A DNA stretch of 64,000 bases from Anaeromyxobacteraceae bacterium (GTDB lineage: Bacteria; Myxococcota; Myxococcia; Myxococcales; Anaeromyxobacteraceae): the NCBI GenBank assembly GCA_032654565.1, contig JAULAX010000017.1:64001-128000 (forward strand), read 5' to 3'. The notes under the pieces were generated by a model. It was given only the letters and a program-made list of their open reading frames with translations, ran no database searches and was not told the DNA's origin. This document shows positions 10,531 through 20,270 of the stretch, piece by piece. Position 1 is the stretch's first letter. Each line of letters starts with the position of its first letter. The translations under genes and the position numbers were made by a program.

Positions 10531-12359
10531 GTGACATCGCCCATCCAGGACTACCTCGACCGCTTGCACCGCCAACTCGCCGGCATCGGCGATGGCCAGG
10601 TCGCCACCTACATCCCCGAACTCGCCAAGGCCGACCCGTCGGCCTTCGGCATCGCCATCGCCACCGTCGACGGCCGCGTCTACGAAGTCGGCGCGACGCG
10701 CGAGCGCTTCACCATCCAGTCGATCTCCAAGCCACTGGTGTACGGCGTCGCGCTGGAAGACCGCGGCATGGAGCAGGTGCGCCGCACGGTCGGCGTGGAG
10801 CCTTCGGGCGATGCCTTCAACTCGATCAGCCTGGAGCCCGGCACCGGGCGGCCGATGAACCCGATGATCAACGCCGGCGCCATCGCCACCACGTCGCTGG
10901 TGGCCGGTGCCACGCGCGAGCAGCGGCTGGCGCGCGTGCTCTCGGCGATGTCGGCCTACGCCGGGCGCGAGCTGGGCATCGACGAGGCGGTGTTCGAATC
11001 CGAACGCGCCACCGGCCACCGCAACCGCGCCATCGGCCACATGCTGCGCAACTACGCCATCCTCACCGAGGACCCGGAGGCCGCACTCGAGCTCTACTTC
11101 CGCCAGTGCTCGGTGCTGATCGAGTGCCGCGACCTCGCGCTGATGGCCGCCACGCTGGCCAACGGCGGCACGCACCCGGTGACCGGCGCGAGCGCGGTGA
11201 AGTCCGAATTCGTCGGCCCCATCCTCAGCGTGATGGCCACCTGCGGTGTCTACGACTTCACCGGCGAGTGGGTCTACCGCGTCGGCCTGCCGGCCAAGAG
11301 CGGCGTGGGCGGCGGCATCATGGCGGTGCTGCCCGGACAGCTGGGCATCGGCGTGTACTCGCCGGCGCTGGACGAGCGCGGCAACAGCGTGCGCGGCGTG
11401 AAGGCCTGCGAAGCGATCTCGCGCGACCTCGGCCTGCATTTCCTGCAGCCGCCGCGCGCCTCGGTGGCCACCGTGCGCGCGAGCTACACGCTGGCCGATC
11501 TGCGCTCCAAGCGCCGCCGTTCCATCGCCGAAGGCCGCCTGCTCGCCGAGCACGGTGCCGCGGCGCGCGTGTTCGAGCTGCAGGGCGACCTGCGCTTCGC
11601 CACCATCGAGCCGGTGCTGCATGCCATCGTCGAGGATCCGCGGCCGCTGCAGTTCGCGGTGCTCGACTTCAAGCGCGTCACCCATGTCGATCGGGCCGCC
11701 ACGCGCATGCTCGCAGCCCTGGTGGCGCGCAGCGCCGGGCGTGGCCAGCATGTGGTGCTGACACGCGTGCGCCGCGGCGAACTGCTCGCCGCGCTGGACA
11801 GCGAGCTCGACCCGCGCGCGGCACGCGCGCTGAGCTTCCAGCCGCAGCTCGACCTCGGCCTGGAGTGGTGCGAGCGCGCCCTGCTCGCGCAGCACGGCGG
11901 CACGCACACGGTCAGCGCCGTGTCGCGGCTGGCCGACCATCGCCTGTGCGAGGGGGCATCGAACGACGACGTCGCGCTGCTCGAGACGCTGGTCACGCGC
12001 GTGCAGTTCGAGCCCGGCATGCTGGTGGTGCGGCGCGGCGACCCGGCCGACGCGGTCTACTTCCTGATGCGCGGCGAGGTCAGCGTGGTGGTCGACCTGC
12101 CGGCGGGCGGGCAGAAGCGGCTGTCCACGCTGTCGGCCGGCATGAGCTTCGGCGAGATGGCGCTGCTCGCCGGCGGCCAGCGCTCGGCCAGCGCGCGCGC
12201 CGACACGCCGGTCGAATGCTGCGCGCTCGACCGGGCGGCCTTCGCGCGGATCGAGCGCGAGCGGCTCGCTCGCGCTGCGCCTGCTGCGCAACCTGCTGCA
12301 CAGCACGCTGCAGACCGCCGTGCAGCTCACCGGCGAGGTGGCCGCGCTCGAGAGGCTGA
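10531..12359 (+). CDS. glsA: Glutaminase fused to STAS and cNMP-binding domains; C-terminus frameshifted near 12265
   Basis: [32 protein letters not shown]; cNMP FGEMALL..RSA; natural-looking tail [29 protein letters not shown] lies in the +1 frame from 12266. Confidence 0.88.
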
Positions 12360-12361
12360 TA

Positions 12362-12386
12362 CCGATCCGCGATGGACGGATCGGGA
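12362..12386 (+). terminator. Hairpin after glutaminase gene (possible terminator)
   Basis: CCGATCCG-N7-CGGATCGG stem; no U-tract. Confidence 0.35.
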
Positions 12387-12404
12387 ATGTGTCCGAGCGG
12401 GCGG

Positions 12405-12860
12405 CTGCTTGCGCACGTTGCGGTCGTTCGTATGGAGTCTTACGACGGTCGGCGTGACAGGGCGCTGGCCGGGCCCGTGTTCTCCGGCCCAGGCTCGCGG
12501 GCGGCCACCGCGTGAAGCAACGCGGGCCTCTTCAACACCACCCACTCCTGCCACCGCCAGGGCGATCAGCGAATGGGGCCTGCGCCCACGGGCCCAACCA
12601 TCGCCCTGCTGCTGCGTTCGTGGTGCGTGTCGATGAAGTCCTCGGTGCCCCTGGGCGGGTGGTTCGGGTGTGCGATCGCAGGCCCCATTCGCGGTCGCCC
12701 TGGCGATGAGGTGAAGAAGCGGCGTTGACGAGGCGAGGTGGGCAGGCCTCCGGTCGTCGCCCGCGAGCGTGGGCCGGAGAGCGCATACCCGGAGCGCCCG
12801 TCGCGCGCCAGCCGTTGCAGGACTCAAGATCGAACGACCGCTACGTGCCAGCAGTAGCCT
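12405..12860. repeat. Long imperfect inverted repeat (~450 nt)
   Basis: Nested arm pairs CACGTTGCGGTCGTTCG/CGAACGACCGCTACGTG, CTCCGGCCCAGGCTCGCGGGCG/CGCCCGCGAGCGTGGGCCGGAG, CGCCAGGGCGATCAGCGAATGGGGCCTGCG/CGCAGGCCCCATTCGCGGTCGCCCTGGCG. Confidence 0.8.
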
Positions 12861-12906
12861 TCGCCCCCAAGTCGGTTCTTTTCCCGACTTCGAACGCCAA
12901 TCCGTA

Positions 12907-13145
12907 TCAGGACGACAGACGGCCCTTGACCAGTCGCAGGATCCGATCGCAGCGCGCGGCGAGCGACTCGTCGTCCGCGTCACCAGCACGGCGGTGCCCT
13001 GGCCGCGCGCCAGATCGATCATCAGCGCGAACACCGCGTCGGCGGTGTCGCGGTCGAGGTTGCCGGTGGGCTCGTCGGCGAGCACGCAGCCCGGCTTGCC
13101 GGCCAGGGCGCGCGCGATCGCCACGCGCTGGCGCTCGCCATGGCC
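12907..13145 (-). pseudogene. lolD: 3' fragment of a LolD-like ABC ATPase with an internal frameshift near 12980
   Basis: [22 protein letters not shown], then [14 protein letters not shown] in another frame; Walker A half absent. Confidence 0.75.
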
Positions 13146-13808
13146 GGCTGCGCTGAGCGGGGCGTTCTTCTTCAGCACCGACACCGCGCCGGCGGCGTCG
13201 ACGAACTCGATGCGGTACTCGGTGGCCTTCTGGATGGTGGTCGAGGTCTCGTGGCCGTAGAAGTCGCCGGCCTTCATGTGGGCCACGTGGGCCTTGGAGT
13301 CTGTGGACCAGGCCCCCAGCTTGTGCGGGTTCTTGCGGGAGAAGGCCTTGACCGCGGGGGGCGAGCGGCGGTCGGAGTTGCCCTCGCGGAGCACCGGGTT
13401 GACGGCGCTGCCGAGGCACCTGGCGTAGCGCGCCTGGATGGCCTTCTCGGCCTCGTCCCTGGGGACCTCGGGGTAGCTGGGGACCTTGTAGCCGTGGGCC
13501 TGCAGCTCGGCGATGGCCTCCTTGAGCTGCGGGAGCGAGGCGCTGACGTTGGGGAGCTTGACGATGTTGGCGTCCGGCGTCTTGGCCAGCTCGCCGAGCT
13601 GGGCGAGGTAGTCGGGGAGGCGCTGCTCGGGGGTGAGGTTCTCGGGGAAGTTGGCGATGATGCGGCCGGCGACCGAGATGTCCCGCGTCTCGACCTCGAC
13701 GCCCGTGCCCTTGACGAAGGCCTGGACGAGGGGGAGCAGGGAGTAGGTGGCCAGGGCCGGGGCTTCGTCGATCTGCGTCCAGATGATCTTCGACGTCTTG
13801 TTGGTCAT
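13146..13808 (-). pseudogene. icd: N-terminal ~220 aa of monomeric NADP-dependent isocitrate dehydrogenase, truncated
   Basis: [46 protein letters not shown]; full-length enzymes of this family are ~740 aa. Confidence 0.88.
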
Positions 13809-14245
13809 TCCGTCTCCGTGAAAGTGCCGCGTTCGTCGCCAGCGAGCAGCAGGGCTCGTGCGATGGGGAGGTACCTCGCCCCGTGGATCTCGGTGGGGAA
13901 GCTAAACATCAAGAGTGGGCCCACCTGTCAAGGCATTGGAGGGATGCAATCTGGACCCGTCAGGACCAGAAAAGCCGCTCGCACCACGCGTGGACCGGGC
14001 CATTTCGCCTGGCAGGCCTTCGGCCCCGCCGGCTCCGGGCGCCGCACCGGAGGGCCCTTCCTGGTGACTCCGAGTACGAGGCCACGTTGTCGCACGTGGA
14101 CGACGCGCCACGTCGAAACCGGGCCCTCGGCGGCGTTGGCCGGCGCCTCCTCGGCGGGGGGCCTGAGGGACCGCCCCTGCGCGCCGTGGCGCACCCGCGG
14201 AGCGATTGCCGGCGGACGGTGCCCGTGTCACCATGCCCGCCCACC

Positions 14246-15079
14246 ATGCGGAACCCGGCGCTCCTCGCCATGGCCCTGCTCGCGGCCACCTCACCGGCAC
14301 CGGCGGGGGGGGGCCTCCCCGAGCCCCTGCGGCTCAGCGGCACCGGCAGCTCGCTCGGCGCCCTGCGCCTGCTCGCCGAGGCCTTCGAGAAGGCCAACCC
14401 GGGCCAGGCCGTGCGCATCTTCCCCAGCGTGGGGAGCTCGGGCGCCATCAAGGCGGTGGCCGACGGGGCGCTCGACATCGGCATCTCGGGGCGCCCGCTC
14501 CATCCCGCCGAGCAGGCCAGCGGCCTGCTGGCCCTGCCCTACGCCCGCACCCCGTTCGTCTTCGCGGTGGGGTCGCGGGTCGGAGCCCCGGGCATCACCG
14601 CCGTCGAGCTGGCCCGCATCTACCGGGGCGAGGCCAGCGCCTGGCCGGACGGGGAGCGGATCCGGCTGGTGCTGCGTCCACGCACCGACGTCGACACCCT
14701 CTACGTCCGCTCCCTCTCCCCGGAGCTCGACGCGGCCATGGAGGTGGCGCTGGGGCGCGAGGGGATGTTGATGGCCGCCACCAACCAGGACTGCAACGAC
14801 GCCCTGAGCCACATCCCCGGGTCGCTCGGGCCGTCCACCCTGACCCAGCTGCTCACCGAGAACCGGCCCATCCGGGCGCTGGCCTGGAACGGGGTGGCGC
14901 CGACGCTGGAGCACCTGGCCAGCGGCGCCTACCCGCTCTCCAAGCCGCTGCTGCTGGTGGTCCGCACCGGCCCCTCCGCGGCGGTCCGGCGCTTCATCGC
15001 CTTCCTGGGCACGCCCGTCGCCGCCGGGATCCTGGAGCGGACCGGCAACCTCCCGCTGGCGCTGCCCCCGGTGCCGTGA
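14246..15079 (+). CDS. Periplasmic substrate-binding protein (PstS/PBP-like)
   Basis: Signal peptide; GTGSS, SVGSSGAIKAV, DIGISGR, YPLSKPL. Confidence 0.8.
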   Translation: MRNPALLAMALLAATSPAPAGGGLPEPLRLSGTGSSLGALRLLAEAFEKANPGQAVRIFPSVGSSGAIKAVADGALDIGISGRPLHPAEQASGLLALPYARTPFVFAVGSRVGAPGITAVELARIYRGEASAWPDGERIRLVLRPRTDVDTLYVRSLSPELDAAMEVALGREGMLMAATNQDCNDALSHIPGSLGPSTLTQLLTENRPIRALAWNGVAPTLEHLASGAYPLSKPLLLVVRTGPSAAVRRFIAFLGTPVAAGILERTGNLPLALPPVP

Positions 15080-15083
15080 CCCC

Positions 15084-17102
15084 ATGAACGCCGACGACCG
15101 GGTGCGCAGGCTGGTCTCGATCGCCGGGGGGGTGCTCACCGCCCTGGCGGTGGTGCTGCCGCCGGCCATCTACTTCGGCCTCTCCTACCAGCACGCCGCC
15201 GGCAGCCTGGAGGCCGAGGCCGAGCTCAACTCCATCGCCATCACCCGGATCATCGCCGCCAACCCGGACCTCTGGACCTACGAGCAGGTCCGCCTCGCCG
15301 AGTTCCTGGCGCTGCGCCCCCGGCACCAGGACGCCGAGCGCCGCCGGGTGCTCGACCTGCAGGGGTGGGTGGTGGCCGAGAGCACCGACCCGCTCCCCGA
15401 GCCGGCGGTGGTCCGCTCGCTGCCGCTCCGCGACGCCGGGGTGCCGGTGGGGCGGATCGAGGTGGCCCGGTCGCTGCGCCCCATCCTGCTCCGGTCGCTG
15501 CTCTTCGGCCTGGCGCTGCTGCCGCTGGGGGTGGGGGCCTACGTCATCCTGCGGTCGGTGCCCCTGCGGGCCATCCAGGCCGGCCAGCGTGCGCTGCGCC
15601 GCCAGCGCGACGCCGCCCAGAGCTACCTCGACCTGGCCGGGGTTGCCTTCGTCCGGCTCGACGGGGGGCTGCGGGTCACGCTGGTCAACCGCCAGGCCGA
15701 GGCGGTGCTGGGCCGGCCCGCCAGCGAGGTGCTGGGCCGGCCCTGGGTCGAGGGGTTCGTGGAGCCCGCCGCCCGGGCGCGCGTCGCCGCCGAGCTGGCC
15801 CGGGTCCGCCCCGGCCAGGTGCTGGCCCTGGAGCACGCCGTCCTCCGGCCCGGCGGAGAGCCCCGCATCCTGGCCTGGTTCGTCACCCCGGCGGCCGACG
15901 AGGAGGGGCGCCCCGGCCTGCTGGCCTCGGGCGTGGACCTGACCCGCCAGAAGGAGCTGGAGCGCCAGCTGCTGCAGTCGCAGAAGCTGGAGGCGGTGGG
16001 CCGGCTGGCCGGCGGCGTGGCCCACGAGTTCAACAACATCCTCTCGGTCATCAAGGTCTACGGCTCGGCGCTGCTGCGCGCCTTCGGCCCCGAGTCCGCC
16101 TACCGGGTCGACGTCCAGGAGATCGTGTCCGCCGCCGACCGGGCCGCAGCGGTGGCGCGCAGCCTGCTCACCTTCAGCCGCCGGCAGGAGCTGGTGGCGG
16201 CGCCGGTCGACCTGGCCGCGGTGCTCCGCTCGGCCGAGCGGCTGCTGCGGCCGCTCCTCCGCGGCGACATCCGGCTCCAGGTCGAGGTCCCGTCCCAGCC
16301 GCTGCCGGTGCTGGCCGACCCGGTCCAGCTCGAGCAGGTGCTGCTCAACCTGGTGACCAACGCCCGCGACGCCATCGGCGGGGCCGGGACCATCGCCGTC
16401 TCCGCGGCGGAGGAGACCCTGGAGGCCACCCAGGCCCAGCCCCTCGGCCTGGCCGGGCCGGGACGCTTCGCCCGCCTCCAGGTCAGCGACGACGGCGCCG
16501 GCTTCGACGCCGCCACCCGGGCCCGGCTCTTCGAGCCCTTCTTCACCACCAAGCCGGTCGGCAAGGGGACCGGGCTGGGGCTCTCCATCGCCTACGGCAT
16601 CGTCGCCCAGCACGGCGGCGCCATCGGCTGCGCCAGCGAGCCGGGGGAGGGGACCACCTTCACCATCCGGCTCCCGCTGCTGGCCGCCCTGGCCGAGGCG
16701 CCGGCGGTGGCGGCCGCGCCCCCGCCGCCGACGGGCAGCGAGACCATCCTGGTGGCGGAGGACGATCCGGCGCTGCGCCGGGTGCTGCGCCGGCTCCTGG
16801 AGCGGACCGGGTACACGGTGGTCGAGGCCGGCGACGGGCTGGAGGCGGTGGAGCGGTTCGAAGCCGACCGGGACCGGATCGACCTGGTGCTCCTCGACGT
16901 GATCATGCCGGGGCAGAACGGGCGGCAGGCGCTGGACCGGATCCGGGCGCTGGCCCCGGGCGTGCCGGCCATCTTCCTGAGCGGCCACACCGCCGACCTG
17001 GCCGACCAGCGGGAGATCGACCTGGGTGCGGAGCCGCTGCTGCGCAAGCCGATGGAGCCGGGCGACCTGCTCCGCGAGGTGCGGGCCCGGCTCGACGCCT
17101 GA
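15084..17102 (+). CDS. Hybrid sensor histidine kinase (TM-PAS-HisKA-HATPase-REC)
   Basis: GGVAHEFNN, NLVTNA, FEPFFTTK, GTGLGL; REC LLDVIMP. Confidence 0.92.
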   Translation: MNADDRVRRLVSIAGGVLTALAVVLPPAIYFGLSYQHAAGSLEAEAELNSIAITRIIAANPDLWTYEQVRLAEFLALRPRHQDAERRRVLDLQGWVVAESTDPLPEPAVVRSLPLRDAGVPVGRIEVARSLRPILLRSLLFGLALLPLGVGAYVILRSVPLRAIQAGQRALRRQRDAAQSYLDLAGVAFVRLDGGLRVTLVNRQAEAVLGRPASEVLGRPWVEGFVEPAARARVAAELARVRPGQVLALEHAVLRPGGEPRILAWFVTPAADEEGRPGLLASGVDLTRQKELERQLLQSQKLEAVGRLAGGVAHEFNNILSVIKVYGSALLRAFGPESAYRVDVQEIVSAADRAAAVARSLLTFSRRQELVAAPVDLAAVLRSAERLLRPLLRGDIRLQVEVPSQPLPVLADPVQLEQVLLNLVTNARDAIGGAGTIAVSAAEETLEATQAQPLGLAGPGRFARLQVSDDGAGFDAATRARLFEPFFTTKPVGKGTGLGLSIAYGIVAQHGGAIGCASEPGEGTTFTIRLPLLAALAEAPAVAAAPPPPTGSETILVAEDDPALRRVLRRLLERTGYTVVEAGDGLEAVERFEADRDRIDLVLLDVIMPGQNGRQALDRIRALAPGVPAIFLSGHTADLADQREIDLGAEPLLRKPMEPGDLLREVRARLDA

Positions 17103-17142
17103 GCGCCTGTCACCGGGCCCAGGGCCCGGCGGTCCGCCGGGG

Positions 17143-18129
17143 TCACCGGCCCGGCGGCCGGCGCGCCGGGGCGGGTGGGGTGAGCAGCCCGGCCAGCGCC
17201 TCGGCCAGCCGACCCGCGGTCGACAGCGTCCCGGCCTCGGCCGCCAGCGCCCGGCGCGCCGCCTCCTCGAGGGGCAGCGGCGGCGACAGCCCGGCGGCGG
17301 CCCAGAAGCCCGGCCGCGTCGCCAGCAGGTCGCTGGTCAACCCGGCCACCAGCTCGCGGGCCAGCCGGAAGTCGGCGCGGGTCACCAGCCGGATCCAGTG
17401 GGAGGAGAGGCGCGGGGTCACCAGCGGGACCCGGAGCAGCAGCGGCCGGCGCCCCATCACCGCGGCCACCCGGAGCAGGATCTCGGTGCCGGAGAGCGGC
17501 TCCGGCCCGGGGAGATCCCACCAGGCGCTGCGCGGCAGCGCCAGCCGCCCGCCCGCGTCCAGCGCCGCCACCACGTCGTCGAGCGCCACCGGCTCGCTCC
17601 GGTGGGCCAGCCAGGCCGGCAGGACCATGGCCGGGAGGCGGGCGGCCAGGTCGCGCACGATGGTCCAGGAGGCGCTCCCGGCGCCGACGATCATCCCGGC
17701 CCGGAGCTCCAGGCAGGGCACCGCCCCGCTCCGCAGCGCCTCGCCGGTCTGCAGGCGCGAGCGCAGGTGGGCCGACGGCGACCCCTGGGGCGCCACCCCG
17801 CCGAGGTAGACGATCCGCTCCAGCCCGGCCGCGCCCGCCGCCTCGGCGAAGTCCTCGGCCCAGCGCAGCTCCTCGTCTTCCCAGCCGGGCTGGGCCGAGG
17901 TCATGCCGTGGACCAGGTAGTAGGCGGTGGTGCAGCCGGCCAGGGCGGGGGCCAGCGAGGCCGGGGCGCCGACGTCGCCGCCGACCCAGCGAGCCTCGGG
18001 CCAGCGCCGCCGGGCCTCCTCGGGGCGGCGGGTCAGGCAGCGGACCTCGGCGCCGCCCGCCACCAGCCGCGCGTGCAGGTGGCGGCCGATGAAGCCGCTG
18101 GCGCCGGTGAGGAGGAGCCGTTCGGGCAT
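17143..18129 (-). CDS. NAD(P)-binding epimerase/atypical SDR family protein
   Basis: LLTGASGFIG, AYYLVHGM, HLRSR, IVGAGSAS. Confidence 0.85.
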   Translation of the reverse strand: MPERLLLTGASGFIGRHLHARLVAGGAEVRCLTRRPEEARRRWPEARWVGGDVGAPASLAPALAGCTTAYYLVHGMTSAQPGWEDEELRWAEDFAEAAGAAGLERIVYLGGVAPQGSPSAHLRSRLQTGEALRSGAVPCLELRAGMIVGAGSASWTIVRDLAARLPAMVLPAWLAHRSEPVALDDVVAALDAGGRLALPRSAWWDLPGPEPLSGTEILLRVAAVMGRRPLLLRVPLVTPRLSSHWIRLVTRADFRLARELVAGLTSDLLATRPGFWAAAGLSPPLPLEEAARRALAAEAGTLSTAGRLAEALAGLLTPPAPARRPPGR

Positions 18130-18162
18130 GGCGGTTCCCACCTTGCTACAGTGCCCACGACG

Positions 18163-18828
18163 ATGCCACCTCGCCACGACGCCGCGGCGCCGACGCTGCT
18201 GTCGCCCCGCCTCGACCTGCCGCTCGCCGTCGCCGCCTGGATGCTCGGCTTCCTCTGGATCGGCCTGCGGGGCAGCTGGCTGCCGCTGGCGGCCCTGGCG
18301 GTGCTGCTGGCGGTCCGGCTGGTGGCCGGCGACCCCGGGACCCGCGGCCTGCTCCGGCCCAGCTGGGCCGGGCTGGCGCTCGGGCTGGCCGGCGCGGCGG
18401 GGCTCATCGCCGCCACCTACGGCCTCTACCGCCCGGTCGCGGCGCTCTTCCCCGGTCTCCCGGCGGCCACCCGTGGGCTCTACGGCCTGCTCAACGCCGG
18501 CGGCTATCCGCCGGCGGCGCTGGCCCTGCTGGTGCTGGTCATGTCGGTCTGCGAGGAGGTGGCCTGGCGGGGCCGGACCCTCTCGGCGGCCGCCGCCGGG
18601 ACCGGGGCCCGCCGGCTCGGCCGCGCGGCGCTCTCCAGGGTGGCGGCGGTCGGCCTGCTCTACGGCGCCGCCGCGCTCGGCTCGGGATCACCGGTCCTGG
18701 TGGCGCTCTCGGCCGGCTGCGGCATCTCCTGGGGGCTGCTCCGGGTGGCGGGGGGCTCGCTCTGGCCGGCCATCGTGGCCCATGCCTGCTGGGACCTGGC
18801 GGTGCTGGTCGGCTGGCCGATCGGCTGA
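18163..18828 (+). CDS. CPBP/CAAX-family intramembrane protease-like protein
   Basis: EEVAWRG and SLWPAIVAH..WD motifs; hydrophobic helices. Confidence 0.8.
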   Translation: MPPRHDAAAPTLLSPRLDLPLAVAAWMLGFLWIGLRGSWLPLAALAVLLAVRLVAGDPGTRGLLRPSWAGLALGLAGAAGLIAATYGLYRPVAALFPGLPAATRGLYGLLNAGGYPPAALALLVLVMSVCEEVAWRGRTLSAAAAGTGARRLGRAALSRVAAVGLLYGAAALGSGSPVLVALSAGCGISWGLLRVAGGSLWPAIVAHACWDLAVLVGWPIG

Positions 18829-18862
18829 GCCTCCTGGCGTCGGGCCGGGTGGCGCCCGGCGG

Positions 18863-19666
18863 TCACCGCTCCGGCGCGCCAGCGCGGGCCGCCTGCTCCA
18901 GCGCCGCCTCCACCGCCGCCCTCGCCGCAGGCGAGACCAGCTCGCCGCGGTGGCGCAGCAGGAGCTCCAGCAGCCCGAGCGCCGCCTCCACCACCGGGCG
19001 TCGCAGCACCTCGTCCAGCGCGCCAGCCACCCCGGGGAGCGCCGCCTCCAGCCGCCGGAACGGGTCGAGGTCGTCGAGGGCACCGGCGGCGTCGGGGGCC
19101 ACGGTGGGGCGGAGCAGGGTGACCAGGTGACCGAGCGCGGCGACCCGGACCAGCTGGTGGCCGGAGAGCCGCTCGCCGCGGGCGGCGCGCCCGGCGCCGG
19201 TGACCAGGGTGGTGAGCAGCTGGCCGGTGTGCCAGGGGAGGTCGAGCCGCGGACCGGCCAGGGAGGCCACGGTGGCCTGGCGCACCTGCGCCAGCCGCGG
19301 CGCCAGGTCGGCCCGGTCGAGCAGGAGGGCGTGGCGGTTGATGCGGGCCAGCGACAGCTCGCCCGGGTCGAAGACCGCGAACTCCACCAGGTGACCGCTG
19401 GCCAGCAGCACCTTGACGCCGTGGGCGGTCTCGCGGAAGGCCAGCGCCACCGGGCCGGCCGAGGCGGGGAGCCACCGCAGGTCGTCGCGGAACCGGTCCT
19501 GGGTCCCGGGGCGCACCACCAGGAAGAGGTCGTGGTCGGAGAAGCGATCCGGCCCGGGGGGCAGGCCCGAGGTGGAGCCCAGGCCGACCAGCCCCAGCAC
19601 CTCGGGGTCGCCGGCCAGCCGGTCGCGCACCGCCGCGGTGAAGGCCCGATGCTCGGCCGGCGTCAC
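18863..19666 (-). CDS. Hypothetical protein with nucleotidyltransferase-like motif
   Basis: GLGSTS..DRFSDHDLF resembles the pol-beta NTase GS..DxD signature; GTG start inferred. Confidence 0.6.
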   Translation of the reverse strand: MTPAEHRAFTAAVRDRLAGDPEVLGLVGLGSTSGLPPGPDRFSDHDLFLVVRPGTQDRFRDDLRWLPASAGPVALAFRETAHGVKVLLASGHLVEFAVFDPGELSLARINRHALLLDRADLAPRLAQVRQATVASLAGPRLDLPWHTGQLLTTLVTGAGRAARGERLSGHQLVRVAALGHLVTLLRPTVAPDAAGALDDLDPFRRLEAALPGVAGALDEVLRRPVVEAALGLLELLLRHRGELVSPAARAAVEAALEQAARAGAPER

Positions 19667-19680
19667 GGCTCCGGCTCCGA

Positions 19681-20085
19681 TCAGCGCAGCGGCAGCAGCG
19701 CCTTCAGCCGCGGGTCGCGCAGCCAGAGGGCCAGCCAGAGCACCACGCCGAGGAGGATCGGGGCGACGAACGGCTCGCCGATGCGGACGTGGGTGGCGAC
19801 GGCGCCGCCCAGGTAGCCGGTGAGCAGCACCGCGCCGAGCACGGCGGTGCGGGGGACCAGGTAGAGGACCGTGCACCCCAGCTCGACGAAGCCGAGGACG
19901 AAGAGCACCTCCACCGGCCAGCCGAGGTGGGGCGCCCCCTCGACCAGCTGGGGGTTGCGGGTCAGCTTCATGACGGCGCTCATCAGCAGCGCCGCCGCGG
20001 GGAGCGCGCTCAGCAGGGCGCTGGTCACGCGCAGCCACTTCGCGGGGGGTGCTGCCGGTGTGCCGTGGGCGTCGGCCTGTGACAT
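19681..20085 (-). CDS. DoxX family membrane protein
   Basis: SAVMKL, PRTAVLGAVLLTGYLGGAVATH; GGAGG RBS. Confidence 0.85.
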   Translation of the reverse strand: MSQADAHGTPAAPPAKWLRVTSALLSALPAAALLMSAVMKLTRNPQLVEGAPHLGWPVEVLFVLGFVELGCTVLYLVPRTAVLGAVLLTGYLGGAVATHVRIGEPFVAPILLGVVLWLALWLRDPRLKALLPLR

Positions 20086-20270
20086 GGGCTCCTCCAGGGG
20101 ATCGGAGGTGAGGCTTAAGGGGGCGGCCGGTCCGGCGCAACCGGGGCCACCGCCGGGCTGCGGCGCGCCGCCACGCGCCCGAATGTCTCACCCCCGGCGC
20201 TCGAACGGCGCCGCGCACGGCGCGTGCTAGCTTCGGCGCTGGAGGTCCGTGCTCCTTGGGGGAGGGGAAC

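Noticed and set aside
12327..13808. Genuine IDH-ABC ATPase fusion protein
   Set aside because: Both parts are fragments, nearby indels are present and composition shifts at the join; better explained as a chimeric junction
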